Origin: Candidatus Dormiibacterota bacterium
GTDB lineage: Bacteria; Chloroflexota; Dormibacteria; Aeolococcales; Aeolococcaceae
Direction: 5' to 3'
DNA: 64,000 nucleotides
NCBI GenBank assembly: GCA_963718525.1
Contig: OY970355.1
Coordinates: 2,784,001-2,848,000 of the forward strand
Below are positions 60,484 to 64,000 of this stretch, in pieces; position 1 is the first letter of the stretch; each line of letters starts with the position of its first letter. The translations under genes and the position numbers were made by a program. The notes under the pieces are model-generated. The model was not told the origin of the DNA. It did not search any database and saw only the letters and a list, made by a program, of their open reading frames with translations.

Positions 60484-61668
60484 ATGTTCGCGCAGCTGAC
60501 CATTCTCGTGCTTGCCGGCCTTGCGGGGCCGCTGCTTGCGTTCGGCAGGCGCGCCCTGATCCCGGTCGTGATCGGCGAGCTCCTCGCGGGCTTGGTGCTC
60601 GGTCACACGGGGTTCGGAGTGATCAACTCGGTGGCTCAGCCGTTTCCCGCGTTCAGCGCCATCGGCTTCGCGATGCTGATGTTCGGCGCGGGGACACACG
60701 TCGACATCGGCTCGCCGGCCATCCGCCAGGGGTTCTTCCGCGGTCTGCTCGCGCTTGGCGTCGTGGCGATCACCGCCGTGCCGATCGGGCTCCTGCTCGA
60801 TCACGCGCTCGGTATCGGCCATCCCGAGCTGCTTGCGGTGCTCATCACCGGCAGCTCGGCGGCGATCGCATTCCCGATCCTCGAGGAGCGCGGCCTCGCC
60901 GGTCCGAACGTGGCATTTCTCGTTGCCTGGGTCGCCCTCGCCAACTCGCTGACCGTGGTGATCATGCCGCTCACCCTTACGAAGGGCGGCAACCCCCTGG
61001 AGGCGATCGGCGGCGACGCGGCGATCCTGGCCGCAGGCGTACTTGTCCTGATTGCGGCGCAGCGGGCTCGCCACTACGCCTTCGTTCACCAGATGCACGC
61101 GGAGTCGCTCCGGCGTGGGTGGTCGTGGCAGGTGCGCATCTCGCTCGTGCTTCTGTTCGGCCTCTCCGCGATCGCTCAGGAGACTGGCGCGAGCACGCTG
61201 GTCGCGGGCTTCATCGCCGGGATGATCCTGGTGCGGCTTCGAGAATCGGATCGTCTTGCACTGCAGTTTTCGGGAGTTGCCAACGGGTTCTTCGTTCCGC
61301 TGTTCTTCCTGCTGCTGGGCGCGGAGCTCAACCTGCGCGCGCTGGTCACCTCCCCGTCGCGCATCGTTCTTGCAATCGGCCTCGCCGTCGGCGCCGTGAT
61401 CACGCACGTGATTGCGGCGCGTGTGGCCGGTCATGAGCGGTATGTCGCAACCGGTCTTGCGGCGTCGGCGCAGCTGGGCATGCCTGCAGCTGCCGCCAGT
61501 CTCGGCCTGAGCACGGGGCTCCTCGGACCGGCCGAGGCCGCGGCGCTGGTCGCCGCGGGCTGCCTGACACTCATCCCCGCGACGGTCGGATCCCTGCTGC
61601 TCGCCCGACCGGCGCCGACGCCGTCCGGGGCTCCTCAGACGGGAAGCACCCCGGCACCATCGACCTGA
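60484..61668 (+). CDS. Cation:proton antiporter (CPA2-like)
   Basis: PVVIGELLAGLVLG, GFFVPLFFLLLG; polytopic. Confidence 0.85.
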   Translation: MFAQLTILVLAGLAGPLLAFGRRALIPVVIGELLAGLVLGHTGFGVINSVAQPFPAFSAIGFAMLMFGAGTHVDIGSPAIRQGFFRGLLALGVVAITAVPIGLLLDHALGIGHPELLAVLITGSSAAIAFPILEERGLAGPNVAFLVAWVALANSLTVVIMPLTLTKGGNPLEAIGGDAAILAAGVLVLIAAQRARHYAFVHQMHAESLRRGWSWQVRISLVLLFGLSAIAQETGASTLVAGFIAGMILVRLRESDRLALQFSGVANGFFVPLFFLLLGAELNLRALVTSPSRIVLAIGLAVGAVITHVIAARVAGHERYVATGLAASAQLGMPAAAASLGLSTGLLGPAEAAALVAAGCLTLIPATVGSLLLARPAPTPSGAPQTGSTPAPST

Positions 61669-61682
61669 AAGAGTAAGTCGCG

Positions 61683-62678
61683 GTGCTCAGATATCTCGTC
61701 AGCCGGGTCCTCCAGGCGGCACTCGTCGTTGTCGGGGTGGCGACTGTGGTGTTCTTCCTCGAGCGTCTCATGCCCGGCGACCCGGGAAGGATCATGCTCG
61801 GGCCGCGCAGCGGCCCGGCCCAATGGGCGATCTACGACCATCAGAACGGGTTCGACCGGCCGATCCCGGTCCAGTACGTCGACTTCCTCGCAAACCTGCT
61901 CCACGGGAGGATCGCGTTCACGCCGCCGGGGTTCGCAGACCAGATCGACCCCATCGAGGGGGTCGCGGTCGACCTCGACCTCCAGTCACTGGTTCAGGGG
62001 CCGACGATCAACTCGCTGATCCTGACAGGCCTGTCCACCCTGCTCGTCGTTGCAGTGACTGTGCCGGTCGCCCTCTACGAAGCGGCGCGGCGACGCCGGC
62101 GTGGCGCCCATCTCTCCAACATCCTGTCGATGACGCTGTACTCGATCCCGCCCTTCCTGCTCGGCACCCTGCTCATCCTGGTGCTCGCAACAGACCTGAA
62201 CTGGCTCAATCTGAACACGCCGGACTGGAACACCGGCGATGTCCTCGCCGACCCGGCGGGGCTGATTCTCCCCATGCTGACCTTGTCAACGGGAACGGTC
62301 GCGCTGTTCAGCCGCTACCTCCGAGCGGCGACCATCGAGGAGCTGACCAAGGACTACATCACGACGGCGCGAGCCAAGGGTGCGTCGCGGACGCGAGTGA
62401 GCCTGCGCCACGCGCTCCCCAACGCTTCGTTGCCGCTCATCACCCTGCTGGGCACGCGCCTCCCTCAGATCTTCGGTGCCCAGCTCGTCGTGGAAGTGCT
62501 CTTTGGCTATCCGGGGCTGGGAACCACACTCTGGAGTGCAGCGATGAATCACGACTTCTACACGATGCTGGGCGCGATCCTGATCGGGGGTGTTCTCACC
62601 ACGCTCGGCTCCCTGATCACCGACCTCGTGTACGCGATGGTTGATCCTCGGATCCGGTACGTCCGCGCGCGAAGCTGA
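61683..62678 (+). CDS. Peptide ABC transporter permease (DppB/OppB-like)
   Basis: PGDP, DYITTARAKG, HALPNA, DPRIR. Confidence 0.9.
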   Translation: MLRYLVSRVLQAALVVVGVATVVFFLERLMPGDPGRIMLGPRSGPAQWAIYDHQNGFDRPIPVQYVDFLANLLHGRIAFTPPGFADQIDPIEGVAVDLDLQSLVQGPTINSLILTGLSTLLVVAVTVPVALYEAARRRRRGAHLSNILSMTLYSIPPFLLGTLLILVLATDLNWLNLNTPDWNTGDVLADPAGLILPMLTLSTGTVALFSRYLRAATIEELTKDYITTARAKGASRTRVSLRHALPNASLPLITLLGTRLPQIFGAQLVVEVLFGYPGLGTTLWSAAMNHDFYTMLGAILIGGVLTTLGSLITDLVYAMVDPRIRYVRARS

Positions 62679-62689
62679 TCGGCGCGGGC

Positions 62690-62839
62690 TCAGGTGCCCT
62701 CGCGGGAACGACGGCCTGCCTCATCGGCGCGGTCACGCTCGACCTTCTCGGTCTGATCCTTGCGCCGCCGGTCGTCCGCCTGATCCTGCTCCTTGGTGGC
62801 CTCGTCCTCGGGCTTCACGTCGTGCTGCTGGTTGCTCAT
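62690..62839 (-). CDS. Small highly charged protein (49 aa)
   Basis: MSNQQHDVKPEDEATKE...; TATGCT upstream. Confidence 0.45.
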   Translation of the reverse strand: MSNQQHDVKPEDEATKEQDQADDRRRKDQTEKVERDRADEAGRRSREGT

Positions 62840-62895
62840 CGTCGGATCAGCATAGGCCGCTTCTCGCGGGATCCGCGTGCGCGGGTGCCGCTCGG

Positions 62896-64000
62896 TTAGG
62901 ACCACAACCCTTCGAGGGCCACGCCGACCCGCTCGGACGCATCCACCGAGGGCATCGCGTCGACCAACTCCTGCTCGCGTCTGCGCTCGGTCACCTGCTC
63001 GCAGCGGGCACGAACCCGCTCTGAGAGGAATCGCGACGGCTGGGCCCAGCCGTGGCGGTCATCGCGCGCGTTCGGGTGATGGTGGTAGCGCTCGGGCACG
63101 TACAGATGCAGCCCATGTCGAGCGCGGGTCAGGGCGACGTAGAACACCCGCCGCTCCTCCTCGAGACCGTCAGGTGCGCCCAGCGCCATGTCCGAGGGGA
63201 TGTTCCCGTCGGTGACATGGAGCACGTGGACGACGTCCCACTCGAGTCCCTTGGCGGAGTGCACCGTCGAGATGACCAGCCAGTCCTCATCGATGACCGG
63301 CGGTCCCGCAAGATTGCCCGTCGAGCTCGGTGGCTCGAGGACGTGTTCCGCCGCAACGTCGGAGAGGCGCGCGACCTTCGTGCTGGCGGCGACAAGGGTG
63401 TCCAGGTCGGCGAGCCTCGAGGATGGCTCCGGATACACCGCCTCGACGAGCGGCGCAACCGCGACGCGAATCCGCTCCGCGTGGGTGGCGATGGCTTCGC
63501 CAGAGAGCGGCACCAGCGCAGCGACGAGAACGTCGGCCGACCGCATCGCGGCGTCGGGAAGCTGCGCCGACGCGTGCGACCACGACGCGAACACGTCCAA
63601 CTCCGTCGGCGTGTCGTCGGAGCCGAGCAACCCGAGTGCCGCGACAACGCGATGCGCCGTTGCAGGACCCACACCAACGAGCATCTGCAGCAGACGGAAC
63701 CAGGCAACCACGTCACCCGGGTTATCCGCGAGACGGAACGCCGCGAGCATGTCCTTGACGTGCGCCGCTTCGACGAAACGCAATCCGCCGTACTTGACGT
63801 AGGGAATCCGCCGAGCTCCCAGCTCGAGCTCGAGGAGCGCCGAGTGGTGCGCGGCTCGCACCAGCACCGCCTGCTCGCGGAGTGCCACGCCGGCTTCGCG
63901 ATGCTCCAGGATGCGGTCGCAGACCGCCTCGGTCTGTGTGTCCTCGTCCGCGCACCGGACGAGCTGGGGAACCACGCCGGGAGCCGTCCGGGCGGCGTGC
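62896..64000 (-). CDS. UvrD/PcrA-family helicase, C-terminal part (5' end outside window)
   Basis: STVHSAKGLEW, EERRVFYVALTRA, PSRFL. Confidence 0.9.
   Translation of the reverse strand, partial: HAARTAPGVVPQLVRCADEDTQTEAVCDRILEHREAGVALREQAVLVRAAHHSALLELELGARRIPYVKYGGLRFVEAAHVKDMLAAFRLADNPGDVVAWFRLLQMLVGVGPATAHRVVAALGLLGSDDTPTELDVFASWSHASAQLPDAAMRSADVLVAALVPLSGEAIATHAERIRVAVAPLVEAVYPEPSSRLADLDTLVAASTKVARLSDVAAEHVLEPPSSTGNLAGPPVIDEDWLVISTVHSAKGLEWDVVHVLHVTDGNIPSDMALGAPDGLEEERRVFYVALTRARHGLHLYVPERYHHHPNARDDRHGWAQPSRFLSERVRARCEQVTERRREQELVDAMPSVDASERVGVALEGLWS

Noticed and set aside
59371-61668. 687-aa and 557-aa overlapping ORFs suggesting fusions
   Set aside because: Each is a real gene plus antisense read-through of its divergent neighbour.

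Overview
High-GC bacterial chromosome segment with about 70 CDS, tRNA-Pro(TGG) and tRNA-Leu(CAG), and no rRNA or CRISPR. Gene style suggests a soil Chloroflexota/Dormibacterota-like or actinobacterial-like genome; this is inference only. Contents in order: liv ABC operon, a two-component system, an arsenic/metalloid cluster (arsB-like, USP, CoA-disulfide-reductase-like flavoprotein, arsI, ArsN-like GNAT, arsR, PTP), an osmoprotectant ABC operon, two bactofilins, an ECF42-type sigma/YciI module, lon, a LuxR-ATPase accessory block next to a tyrosine integrase that reads into tRNA-Leu, secG, PLD, PadR, a hybrid kinase, mutY, malQ/glgX and a partial UvrD helicase. The top signal is a 19-aa peptide gene, MICDCGCDGTGDCDCDCDC (7 Cys, (Asp-Cys)n, phytochelatin-like), not called as a separate ORF. 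It has a strong SD and heads an ArsR-boxed operon with arsI and a thiol-disulfide flavoprotein. Also notable: four coding lesions that all read GAACTC where GACTC is expected (probable methylation-linked sequencing artefact), a shared promoter motif around the LuxR-ATPase, and twin bactofilins with a shared promoter. All calls come from reading the sequence by eye; no database searches were run.
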